Below are positions 25,515 to 36,874 of a stretch of DNA of 64,000 nt, piece by piece. How positions within the stretch are numbered: the first letter of the stretch is position 1; each line of letters opens with the position of its first letter. The position numbers were made by a program, and so were the translations under genes. The DNA lies in NCBI RefSeq assembly GCF_004010195.1, contig NC_057751.1, positions 18,415,185-18,479,184 of the forward strand, read 5' to 3'. The stretch comes from Chiloscyllium plagiosum. Its lineage: Eukaryota. The notes under the pieces are model-generated. The model was not told the origin of the DNA, ran no database searches, and saw only the letters and a program-made list of their open reading frames with translations.

Positions 25515-26878
25515 GGGGCTGCGATGGTCCAGTGATATTACCTCTCCACTATTAATCCAGAATAATGTTCTGAGTATTTGGGTTTGAATCCCACCATTCC
25601 AGATGGTGAAAATTGAATTCAATAATTTAAAACGATGGCTTTAAGATTCAACTGATTACCATGAAACCACTGTCATTTGCCAGAAAAACCCACGTGGTTC
25701 CTTAATGCTTTTCAGGGCAGTTCTTACCTTGTCTGGTCTCCATGTCACTCCGGAACCACAGCAACTTGGTTGACTCTCAACTGTCCTTTGAAACGGCATA
25801 GCAGCCCAGTCAGTTGTATCAATTTCTAGAAAGTCACAACAAAGAAATGAAACCGGACGGAACAAATTGGAACCAGAACAGACAACAGCAAAAATGCAAA
25901 CAGGCCTGTCGACCATACAAAGTCCTCCTTACCAACATCTGGGAGCGAGTGCCGAAACTGTCTCACTGACGAGTACAACAGCACCCTGACAGTCATTCTT
26001 ACAGAATCATAACTTACAGGTAACAGGTCAGACGCCACCGTTACAATCACTAGATATCTAATTTTCCAGCGACAAAACAGACAGGACAGGTGGTGGTGCA
26101 GTGGTATACAGTCGCGAGGGAGTTCACTGGGAATCCTTGACATTGGATTCCGGACTCCATTAAGTCTCAGGGCTTCAAGTTAAACATGGGGAAGGAAACT
26201 TCTTACTGGTTTCTATGTACCATCCTCGTTCGTCTGATAAATCAGTACTTCTCCATGTTGAACAAAAGTTGGAAGTGGCAAGTGATTCAAGGGATTCGAC
26301 CAACAGGAATGGTTCGCACCCATTATTGCTGATCGAGTTGGTAAGATCATAAAGGACATAACTACTGGAAATGGTCTGTGGCAGATGGAGAAGGAACCAA
26401 CGAAAGGAAGATACGTACTTGACCTCATTCTGACGAACCTGCCTGAACGGGAGTAACTGTCCATGACAGTAGACGTAAAAGTGCCCACCCTACTCCACTG
26501 TGGAGATGAAGTCCCACCTTCACATTGAGAATAAACTCCATCGTGTTGTGTTGCACTATCATCGTGTTAAATGGGACAGGCTTCGAACCGATCCAGCATA
26601 TCGGGATTGGGCATCCATGAGGCGCTGTGGGCCATCATCAGTAGCTGAACTGTGCTCCAGCACAATTTGAAACATCATGGCCTGGCATATCCTCCATGCA
26701 ATCATTACCATTAAGCCACGGGATCAACGCAGGTTCATTAGATATTGCAGTAGGACATGCCAGGAGCAGCGTCAGGCGTACCTAAAAATGAAGTGTCAAC
26801 CTGGAGATACTAACAAACAGCACTACTTGCGTGCCAAACGGCATAAGCAGCAAGTGATAGACAGAGCTGCGCGATCTT
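25515..26878 (+). mobile_element. tRNA/Deu-SINE-like head joined to a decayed APE-endonuclease ORF (CR1/L2-group LINE 5' part)
   Basis: 25515-25790 matches the SINE at 50305-50600; downstream frames give QQHPD/VILTES, GGAVVYSREG, NFLLVSMYHP, EPTKGRYVLDLILTN, and SAH for SDH. Confidence 0.65.
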
Positions 26879-26909
26879 GACTGACCTTTGCGTGCTTTCA
26901 GCTATACTT

Positions 26910-27190
26910 ATCCACTCACTCACCATCACCCTTAATTCATTCACTTTTCAGAAATCTATGTATTTTTGTTTTTAAACACACCCAAGCAGAAAGCCTCAAC
27001 TGATTCAATGGGCAGGGAATTCCACAGATTCGCAAACCTTTGTGTGAAGATGTTCCTCTTCAACTCAGTCCTAAATATGTTACCTCTTTTTTTTCCCGCA
27101 ATGCCCCTGAGTTTAAGCTTCATCCGCCAATGGAAATAACCTCCCTGCTTCGATCTTATCAATTTCCTTCACAGCTTATTATTTTTTACA
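26910..27190 (-). mobile_element. CR1-type 3' fragment
   Basis: RTELKRNIFTQRFANLWNSLP on the minus strand. Confidence 0.75.
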
Positions 27191-28041
27191 AGACAAGAGA
27201 GTACAGAGAAAGTATATTCCTGTTAGGATGAAAGGAAAGGCTGGTAGGTATAGGCAATATTGGATGACGAAAGAAATTTAGGGTTTGGTGAAGAAAACGA
27301 AGGAAGCATATGTCAGGTAGTGACAGAATACATCGAGTGAATCCATGTAGAAGGATAAAAGCAGGGGGTAGGAGTATACTTAAGAGGGAAATCAGGAAGG
27401 CAGAAATGGTCACGAGATAGCTTTGGGAAATAGAGTTAAGGAGAATCCAAAGGGGTTTTACAAATACATTAAGGACAAAAGTGTAACTAGGTAAGGAATA
27501 GGGCCCCTCAAAGATCAGCAAGGCAGGTTTTGTGTGGAGCCGCAGAAAATGGAGATGATAGTATTGGAGTATTTTCCATCAGTATTTACTGTGGGAAAGG
27601 ACATGGAAGATAAAGAATGTAGGGAAATGGATTATAACATCTTGAAAAAGGTCCATATTACAGAGGGGGAAGTGCTGGATGTCTTGAAACTCATAAAATC
27701 CCCAGGACCTGATCAAGTGTACCCCAGACCTCTGCGGGAAGCTAGATAAGTGATTTGTTGGGCTTCTTACTGAAATATGTGTATCATGGATAGTCACAGA
27801 TTAGGAGCCAGAAGACTGGAGATTAGCTAACGTGGTGCCATTGTTTAAGCAAGGTGATAAGGACAAGCTAGGGAACTATAGACAAACGAGCCTGACGTCG
27901 GTGGTAGACAGGTTGTTGGAGTGATTCCTGAGGAACAGGATATACATGTATTTGGAAAGGCAAGAACTGATTAGGGACAGTCAACATAGTTTTGTGCGTG
28001 GGAAATCAGAGCTCAGAAACTTGATTGAGTTTTTTGAAGAA

Positions 28042-28331
28042 GGAGCGAAGGACTTCTGGGAAGGTGAGTCTAACTCTTTAAAGCACTTACTTCAGCGTCG
28101 GGGCCTTCATTTGCCGAGAGGTGTGAAGGAGAAGTGAAAGACTGCTGGGAGGTAAGACTAACTGTTAAAACAGTTACTTCAGGCGTCGGGGCCTCCATTT
28201 GCCGAGAGTTGTGAGGGAGGAGCAACGGACTTCTGGGAAGGTGAGTCTAACTGTTAAAAACACTTACTTCAGGCGTCGGGGCCTCCATTTGCCGATTGGT
28301 GTGAGGGAGGAGCAGAGGACTTCTGGGAAGG
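28042..28331 (+). repeat. ~89-bp tandem monomers (3 full + partial) at the CR1 5' end
   Basis: GAC(T)TCTGGGA-type motif recurs at 28051, 28140, 28228, 28318. Confidence 0.9.
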
Positions 28332-28822
28332 TTTTAAGAGGGTAAGATCTAAACACGAGAACCTCCACCTTCGGGCCGCACTCCTACCCACATCCTCTAA
28401 ATTTACTAGGAGTCTGTAAACTAGGTAAGTTTTCAGGTTGTCATTTTTTCCTTTCTCTTCCTTTGTATCGTCCTGTGCGGGCTTTCAGTGTAGCGGGATA
28501 TGGATGGTAGGGCTCTTGCATGTTCCTACGGCAGAATGTGGCAGGTGAAAGACACTTCACATGTCTCTCCTGACAAAATCTGTGGAAAGTGCACCCAACT
28601 CCAGCTGCTCAAAAACCGAGTGAGGGAACTGGAGCTGGTCTGGATGAACTACGGAACATCCGGGAGGATGAGGAGGAAACTGATCGGATGTACAGGGATG
28701 TGGTCACTCCGCAGACACAGGATAAGGACAGCTGGGTTGCTGTCAGGGGAGGAAAGGGAACCGACGGTCAATGCAAGGATCCCCTGTCGCCGTTCCCTCG
28801 GCAATAAGTATATACCATTTTG

Positions 28823-29900
28823 TGTTGGCATTGCACAACAAAAGACAAACAGGATTGTTCCCTCCCAGTTGGGGAACACTTCAGCCATCCAGGACATTCC
28901 AACTCGGACGTTCGGGTGACCATCCCCCAAGGTGGACTTCGGGACAGACAACAGCGAAAAGTGGCCAAGCAGAGGCTGATAGATAAGTTCCGTACCCATA
29001 GGGAGAGCTTCAACTTGGACCTTGGGTTCATATCACTCTACAGGTGACCACTATTGCACTGTCCACACACACAGACACTCCTACACACGCACAGAGACAC
29101 TCCTACACACACATGCACATGGATGCACACATACACAGAAACGCACACAGACACTCACACACACCCTTACAGACACACACAGTCCCACACTCACACATGC
29201 ATCCTCTCAGAGAGTTAGACTACTCTGCACTCACGTGCACGCATATACACTCTCTCTCACAGACATTCTCAACCCCCCACCCCACCCCAGACACAAACAC
29301 ACTCCCAAACTCAAAAATGCAACCCCCACAGACTTAAGACACTGGACACCCACACACACACACGCACACATGCACACACACAAAGACCCTTATGCACACA
29401 TATGCATATATGTTTGTGGGGTGAATTTGTACTTGCAGAGTTACATTGTACTTTGCTCAAAAACTGCATGAATTCATCTAATCTCACATTTTTTGATTAG
29501 AATCAATCTAAACATCATAGCATAGACAGAGAACACAGGGTGATAACACATTCAACATATTGTCTCGCTAACACCAATTGCTACAGTTAAACTGAAAACA
29601 CAACTTTTTTAAAAAAAATGTGATTTACACATGAAAGAAGTGAAACTATCATGTTATTCGAATAGATAAAAGACTCAATAGAAAATCAAGGCATATTTCA
29701 AGGTATAATTTCAGTTATATCACACTGTAAATGTTTGCTATTAATTCTGTGCCTTACAGTTGTGTCCTCCACAACCACCTGATGAAGGAGCGGCGCTCTG
29801 AAAGCTACTGTGCTTCCAGTTAAACCTGTTGGATTATAAGTTGTGTTCTGTAATGTTTAACTTTGTACACCCCAGTGCAACATCATCATCTCCAAATCAT
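28823..29900 (+). mobile_element. Penelope-like family 2, 3' fragment inserted into CR1 ORF1
   Basis: PVGEHFS..RQQRKVAKQRLIDKFRTH..FNLDLGF (GIY-YIG C-terminus), CA-rich UTR, hammerhead core at 29779; imperfect 15-bp TSD GTATATACCATTTTG / GTCTGTACCGTTTTG (28808-28822 / 29901-29915). Confidence 0.8.
29774..29812 (+). ncRNA. Minimal type I hammerhead ribozyme motif (PLE family 2)
   Basis: CAC-CUGAUGA-A-GGAGC(GGC)GCUCU-GAAA-GCUA; palindromic AGCU in stem III, CUA triplet; first stem I pair is mismatched. Confidence 0.6.
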
Positions 29901-31624
29901 GTCTGTACCGTTTTGGATACTGCTAGTGGGGACAACCTACCGGGGAAAACCATAGTTGTCAGGTCGCTGGCACTGAGCCTGGCACTGTGGCTCAGACATG
30001 AAGTGGGGAAAATAGAAAAGCGTTAATGGTAGGCGACTGAATAGTTTGACGGATTTACAGGCGATTTTGTGGTCAGGAACGGGACTCTCGGAAGGTATAT
30101 TGTCTCCCCGGTGACAGGGTCTGGGATGTCGCCAATTGGGTTTACACGATTCTGAAGAGGGAGGGTGAGCAGCCAGACTTTGTGGTACACATTGGCACCA
30201 ATTATATAGCCAGGAAAGGGATTGAGGATCTGAAAAGTGACTACAGCGAGTTAGATTGGAAGCTGAAGAGCAGGAAGAGTAGAGTAGTGATCTCAGGTTT
30301 GCTGCAGATGCCACGCGATAGTGAGATGAGGAAGAGTCAGCGAATGCAGTTTAACACGTGGATGCGAGGCTGGTGCAGGAGGGAGGGCTTCAGATATCCA
30401 GACCATTGGGATACCTTCTAGGGAAGGTGAGGCCTGTACATGAAGGACGGGTTGCACCTGAACTGGAGGGTCACAAATGTCCTGGGTGGGAGATTAGCTC
30501 GTGTGATTTGGGACAGTTAAAACTAGTTTGGCGGGAGTGGGGTGGGGGGGTGGGGGCGGGAATCACAGCCACATGTCTGTGTGGGGTTCAGTTGCAGATG
30601 GGGCAGCGACAGGATGATTTCAGTCTATCAGGAAGGTTTCTCATTCGATGAATCAAAGGGATCGGTTAAAACGTGTCTGCTTTAATGCAAGGAGTGTCCG
30701 GAATAAGAGTGATGAACTTAGAGCATGGATCAATACTTGGGCCAACGATGTTGTAGCCATAACAGAGACATGAGTTTCACAGTGGCAGGAATAGTTGCTT
30801 GATGTTCCAGGGTTTAGAACGTTTAAGTAGAACAGGGTGGGTGGAAAAAGAGGAGGGGTGTAGCATTGGTTATCAGACAATGCATCACAGCTACAGAAAC
30901 GAAGGTTGTTGAGGAAGGTTTGTCTACTGACTCAGTATGGGTGGAAGTTAGGAACAGAGAGGGAACAGAGGTTTTCTACAGATCACCTAATAGCAGTAGA
31001 GAGATTGAAGAACTCACAGGCGTGCAGATTGTGAAAAAATGCCGAAGTCGCAGGGTTGTTGTTACGGGTGTTTTCAACTTGCCCAATATCACTAGAACCT
31101 CCTCAGTGCAGATGGTTCAGATGGAGCCGTTTTTGTCAGGTGTGTTCAGGTGGGTTTCCTTACTCAGCCTTCGAGGGGAGAGGCCATTTTGGATTTGGTG
31201 CTTGGCCACGAGCCAGGACGGGTGTCAGATTTCGCCGTGGGAGAGCACTTTGGTGAAAGTGATCACAACTGCCTCACATCTAGCAAAACCTTGGAGAGTG
31301 AAAGGAGCAGTTCCAGAGGGAAGATATTTAATTGGGGAAAAGCAAATTATGACGCTATCAGGCAGGAGTTGGGAAGTACAGACTGGGAGCAATTGTTCCA
31401 CAGAAAGAGCACAGCAGACATGTGGAGACTATTTGAGGAGCAGTTGTTGCGAGTGATTCACGAATTTGTTTCTGTGAGACAGGTAAAAATGGCAAAGATT
31501 AAGGAACCTTGGATGACGAGAATACTGGAACATCTCGTCAAAAGAAAGAAGGCAGCTTACGTAAGGTGGAGGAAGCAAGGATCAAGCACACCTTTAGAAG
31601 ATTACAGGCTTGATAGAAAAGTAC

Positions 31625-32000
31625 TCTGACTTTTTTCATTGGAAAAAAAGAAGGAAGAGAGGAGACCTAATTGCAGTGTACAAGATAATGAGAGGCATAT
31701 ATAGAGTTGATAGCCAGAAACTTTTTTCCCAGGGCAGAAATTGTTATCAAGTTTTAAGCTGTTTGGCGGAAAGTATACAGGGGATTTCAGAGGCGGGTTC
31801 TTTACGCAGAGAGTTGTGAGAGCAGGGAATGTGTTGCCAGCAGCAGTTGTGGAAGCGAGGTCATTGGGGATATTTAAGAGACTGCTATGGTCACAGAAAT
31901 TTGAGAGTTCATACATTTGGTTTACCTCACATGAGGATCAATGTTCGGCACAATATCGTGGGCTGAAGTCCCTGTTGTGTGCTGTACTGTTCTATGTTCT
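31625..32000 (+). mobile_element. CR1 3' fragment nested in CR1 ORF2
   Basis: RGDLIAVYKIM, FFTQRVVRAGN, tail TTCTATGTTCT; host ORF2 resumes NGLRKARKGH. Confidence 0.85.
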
Positions 32001-32117
32001 AAATGGACTGAGGAAAGCCAGGAAGGGACATGATATAGGCTTGGTAAGGAGGATTAGGGAGAACCCAACGGCATTTTACTCATACACGAGGAATAAGAGA
32101 ATGATCAGGGAGATAGT

Positions 32118-32407
32118 AAACTTTTTCCCCGGGTACAACAGAGTGTTACAAGGGGACATAAATTTAAGGTGAAGGGTGGGAGGTATAGGGGAGATGTCAG
32201 GGTAGGTTCTTTACCCAGAGAGTGGTGGGGGCATGGAATACGCTGCCTGTGGGAGTGGCAGAGTCAGAATCATTGGCGAACTTTAAGTGGCAATTGGATA
32301 GGTACATGGATGGGTGCTTAAGCTCGGACAAATATTCGGCACAACATCGTGGGCCGAAGGACCTGTTCTAAGCTGTATTGTTCTATGTTCTATGTTCTAT
32401 ATTCTAT
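32118..32407 (+). mobile_element. CR1 3' fragment nested in CR1 ORF2
   Basis: FFTQRVVGAWN, tail (TTCTATG)n; ATAGTA duplicated at both junctions. Confidence 0.85.
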
Positions 32408-35389
32408 AGTAGGTCCAATCAGGGACACCGGAGGGAACTTGTGCATTGATTCTGAGCAGATTGGGGAAGTCCTAAATTAGCTTTTTTGCTTCAGTTTTTA
32501 CCAAGGGAAGGGAACATGTTGTAAATGAAAACTTTGAGGAGCTAGGATACAGGGTTGACCAGATCAAGATTGATGACATTGATGTTTTGGAAATTTTGGA
32601 AAACATTAAGATTGATATCCCCAGGGCCAGACCAGATTTATCCATGTCTGCTCCAGGAAGCGAGAAAGGAGTTTGCTAAGCTGCTGGCGAGGATGTTGGC
32701 CTCCTCACTCTCCATGGGATTCGAAGGAGGTGAATTTTGTTCATCTTTTCAAGAGGGGTAATAGAGAATTCCCTGGCAATTGCAAACCAGTCAGTCTTAC
32801 GTCTGTGGTCAGCAGAGTTTTGGAAAGCATTCTGAGGGATAGGATTTATGACTATTTGGCAAAGCAGAGTGTGATTAAAGGCAGTCAGCCTGGCTTTGTG
32901 AGGGGCAAGTCATGCCTCACTAATCTTATTAAGTTTTTTGAGGAGGTGTCAAGACAGGTCGACGAATGTCAAGTAGTGGATGTGATGTATCTGGACTTCA
33001 GCAAGGCATTTGATAAGGTTCCCCATGGTAGGCTCATTCATGAAGTCAGCAAGTATGGCATACAGGGAAACTTGGCTATCTTAGTTCAAAATTGGCCGGC
33101 TGACAGAAGGCAGAGAGTGGCTGCAGATGCAAAGCATTCTTCCTGGAGGTCAGTGTTGAGTGGGGTGCCGCACGGCTCTGTTCTTGTGCCTCTGCTCTTT
33201 GCAATTTTTAAAAATGACTTGGATGAGGTTGAGGGGCGTGTTAGTAAATTTGTAGTTCACTCAAAGGTTGGAGGTGTCGTCGATAGTATAGAGGGCTACT
33301 GCAGGCTGCAGTGCGACATAGACAGGATGCAGAGCTGGGCTGAGAAATGGCAGATGGAGTTCAACCTGGATAAATGCGAAGTGATGCATTTTGGAAGTTC
33401 GAACCCAAATGCTGAATAAGACAGGATTCTTGGCAGTGTGGAGGAACAGAGGGATCTGGGTGTGCAAGTACATAGATCCCTCAAAGTTGCCACTTAAGTG
33501 GATAGGGTTGTTAAATAAGCATATGGCGTTTTGGCTTTCATTAATGGGGGATCAAGTTTAAGAGCCGTGAGGTTTTTCGTCATCTCCCCAAGTCCCTGGT
33601 GAGACTACACTTGGAATATTGTGTCCAGTTCGGGTCGTCCTTCTATAAGAAAGATATAAAGGCTTGGGAGAGGGTGCAAAGAACGTTTACCAGAATGCTG
33701 CCTGGACTGGAGGGCTTACATTATGAAAAATGTTTGAATAAACTCGGACGTTTCTCTCTGGAGAGAAGGAGAAAGAGAGGACACCTGATCGAGGTATACA
33801 AAATAATGAGTGAATTAAGAGAGAATCAATAACCAGAGACCTTTCCCCAGGGGATTGACTGTTACGAGGAGTCATGGTTAGAATATATTGGGAGGAAGTT
33901 GAAAAGGAGATGTCAGAGGTAGGTTCTTTACGCAGAGAGTTGTGAATGCATGGAATGTTTTGCCAGTTGTGATAGTAGAAGCAGAGTCATTGGGGACTTT
34001 AAAGCGACTGCTGGGCATGAACATGGATAGAAGTGAGTTGAGCGGTGCATAGTAAAGTTACTATATTTTACATTAGGATTAAACATCGGCACAACATTGT
34101 GGGCTAAATGGAATGTTTCGTGCTGTACTTTTCTATTTTATTTGTCTCTAAATAAGAAAGAAGTTTGATGAGGGCAGCGAGGTAGATGTGATCTAGATGC
34201 ACTTCAGTAAGTCATTCGACAATATTCGCAATGGGAGACTGATTAGCAAGGTTAGATCTCACGGGATACAGGAAGAACTAGCCATTTGGATACAGAATTG
34301 GCTCAAAGGTAGAAGATAGAGGTTGGTCGTAGAGGGTTGCCTTTCACTCTGTAGACCTGTGACCATAGTAGTGCCACAATGATCGCTGCTGGCTCCATTA
34401 CTTTTTGTCATTTATATAAATGATTTGTGTATAACTGTAAGTTACCGTTTGTAACTTGGCAGATGACACCAGAATTGGAGGGTTAGTGGACAGTGAAGAA
34501 GCTTACCCCAGATTGCAACGGGATCTTGATCAGATGGGCCAATGGGCTGAGAGGTGGTAGATGGAATTTAATTCAGATAAATGTGAGGTTCTGCATTTTG
34601 GGAAAGCAAATCTTAGCAGGACTTATTCACTTAATGGTAATGTCAGGAGGAGTGCTGCTGAACGAAGACACTTGCGAGTGCAGGTTCATAGCTCCTAGAA
34701 AGAGGAGTCGCAGGTAGATACGATAGTGAAGAAGACATTTGGTACGTTTTCCTTTATTGGTCAGAGTATTGAGTACGGGAGTTGGGAGGTCATGTTGCGA
34801 CTGTACAGGACATTGGAATGGCCTCTGTTGGAACGTTGCATGCAATTCTGGTCTCCTTCCTATCGGAAAGATGTTGTGAAATTTGAAAGGATTCAGAAAA
34901 GATTTACAAGGATGTTGACAGGGTTGGAGGATTTGAGTTTTCGGGAGAGGGTGAACCGGCTGGGACTACTTTCCCTGGAGCGTTGGAGGCTGAGGGATGA
35001 CATTATAGAGGTCTACAAATTCATGAGGGGCATGGATATGGTAATTAGACAAAGTCTTTTCCCTGGGGTGGGGGAGTCCATAACAAGAGCGCATAGGGTT
35101 AGGATGAAAGGGGAAAGATATAAAAGAGACTTAATGGGCAACTGTTTCATGCAGAAGGTGGTACGTGCATGGAATGAGCTGCCAGAGGAAGTGGTGGTAG
35201 CTAGTACAATTGCAACATTCAAGAGACATTTGGATGAGTATATGAATAGGAAGGGTTTGGAGGGATATGGTTCGGTTGTTGGCGGTGGGACTAGATTGGG
35301 TTGGGATATCTGGTCGGTAGGGATGAGTTTGACCAAAGGGTCTGTTTCTATGCTGTACATCTCAATGTCTCTACGACCTCCCCTCATTC

Positions 35390-36200
35390 CTTGAAAATTC
35401 AATTAGTGTAATCTCAGCTATTCAGTCTGCCCTCATAAGCCAACTCTCTCCTTAATAAACCTAGTGAACCTTCTCTGCACCCAATGCTTGTACATCCTTT
35501 CTGAAATAAGGAGAACAAATCTGGAAACAATACTCCAGCTATGACCTTACTTGCATCCTAGACAACTGCAGGATGTTCTCAATATTTTTACACTTCGTCC
35601 CTCTCGCAATGAAAGACAATGCAGTATATGTCTTCCTAATTAAATGCTGCACATGCAGTGATTCATGCAGAAGGTTACGCAGGGTCCTTTGCACAGCAGC
35701 ATGCTGCAATTTTTCAACATTTACATTACAGGATAGTTTTCTGTTATTCAACCAAAATGGATGACTTCATATTTATCAATGTTGTACGGTATCTAATCAA
35801 AGCTTGCCCACTCACTGAAGCTATCTATATCCCTCTGCAGATATTCAGAGTGCTATGCACACTTTGCACTACCATGCATCTTGCATCATCTGCGAGCATT
35901 GTCATTCTAGACTTAGTCCCAATTCTTATTCATCGATGTAACTTGGAAACATGTCTGATCCCAACACTGATCCTTGAGGCAAACCGTTAGCCCCGATTGA
36001 CAAAAAGAAAAACACCCATATCTGTGCATTCTTGCTTTCTGTTAGTTAGACAATCCTGTATTTATGTTCATGCGTTACCCATCTCTATCTGTAGCAACAG
36101 ACTTTTGGGTGGTTCCTTTATCAATGCTATCTGGAAATCGAGATACACCACATCAACTGGTTTCCCTATTGTCCAACGCACTTGCAATACCCTCAACAGA
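35390..36200 (-). mobile_element. Old CR1-type RT/3' fragment
   Basis: DVVYLDFQIAL and LSFIARG on the minus strand. Confidence 0.7.
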
Positions 36201-36774
36201 TTCCAGCGCATACTGTGTGTCATGTGAATATGCTTAGACACATTTAAGTTGGCAAGAGTGAAAGGATAATGTGACACTGGGCACAACTCAGACTGAAGAG
36301 CCCAATCCATATGATTCTCAATTTGACGTTCTACAAATTGACTTCGTCAATAAGGAAGTTTTCAAAATTTGGGACATATTATGGTGTTAGCTTGCAGAGA
36401 AACATAAAAATATACTGAAAGCGTTATTTCAACTACCTGGAGACGAATGAGGGAAGCAGGTGGGAACTGATTATGCCTGATGTCGACATGGGAAATGCTC
36501 GACCAATGAAGCATATCCTTATAGAGTCAACCCTCTAAAATGGATGCTGCTTCAAAAATAAATGTAAGTATTCCACTGAAGGCAGGAAAGTTGAGTGCAG
36601 CGATTCCAGTCCACTAATTCCCCTATCCTGGAAAAGCAGCGTGGTGTTTTCGCTGTGTGGTTGACCAGGGTTGTGCTTCTGTTAAAGTTACCTTTTTGGA
36701 TCTACTCGCAGGAACGTGGACTCTGCGCTATTTGGATGATGCCCTTTGTGTCATGTATGTCTACACTTATTCAC

Positions 36775-36874
36775 TGTCTAGATTAGAGTTGTGCTGGAAA
36801 AGCACGGCAGGTCAGACAACATCCGAGAAGAAAAATCGACATTTCGGCCAAAAGACCTTCATCAGGACTTTTGC
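36775..36874 (-). mobile_element. 100-bp Penelope family-1 tail insertion
   Basis: Perfect 14-bp TSD CTACACTTATTCAC (36761-36774 / 36875-36888); homologous to 44915-45020. Confidence 0.85.
36833..36870 (-). ncRNA. Minimal type I hammerhead ribozyme motif, best preserved copy
   Basis: Minus strand: AAGUC-CUGAUGA-A-GGUC(UUUU)GGCC-GAAA-U-GUC-GAUUU; stems I and II fully paired allowing GU; conserved core intact. Confidence 0.7.

Larger units (their letters stand above)
28042..34150 (+). mobile_element. Near full-length decayed CR1 LINE: monomeric 5' UTR, ORF1 (zinc finger/leucine zipper + SGNH esterase), ORF2 (APE + RT)
   Basis: ORF1: ICGKCTQLQLLKNRVRELE, VHIGTN, DGLHLN. ORF2: FNARSVRNK, AITET, FYRSPNS, GEAILDLVL, SDHN, YLDFSKAFDKVPH, SGVPHGSVL. 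Tail TGCTGTACTTTTCTAT ~34121-34136. Confidence 0.9.
27190..35375 (+). mobile_element. Outer CR1 LINE (ORF2), split into 27190-28041 and ~34150-35375 by a nested CR1
   Basis: Left piece ends LIEFFEE; right piece resumes KKFDEGSEVDVI*MHFSKSFD; ORF 34726-35394 is the RT C-terminus, followed by the 3' tail. Confidence 0.85.

Noticed and set aside
28042..28331. CRISPR-like or satellite array
   Set aside because: Eukaryotic context, no unique spacers; whole units repeat and sit at a CR1 5' end
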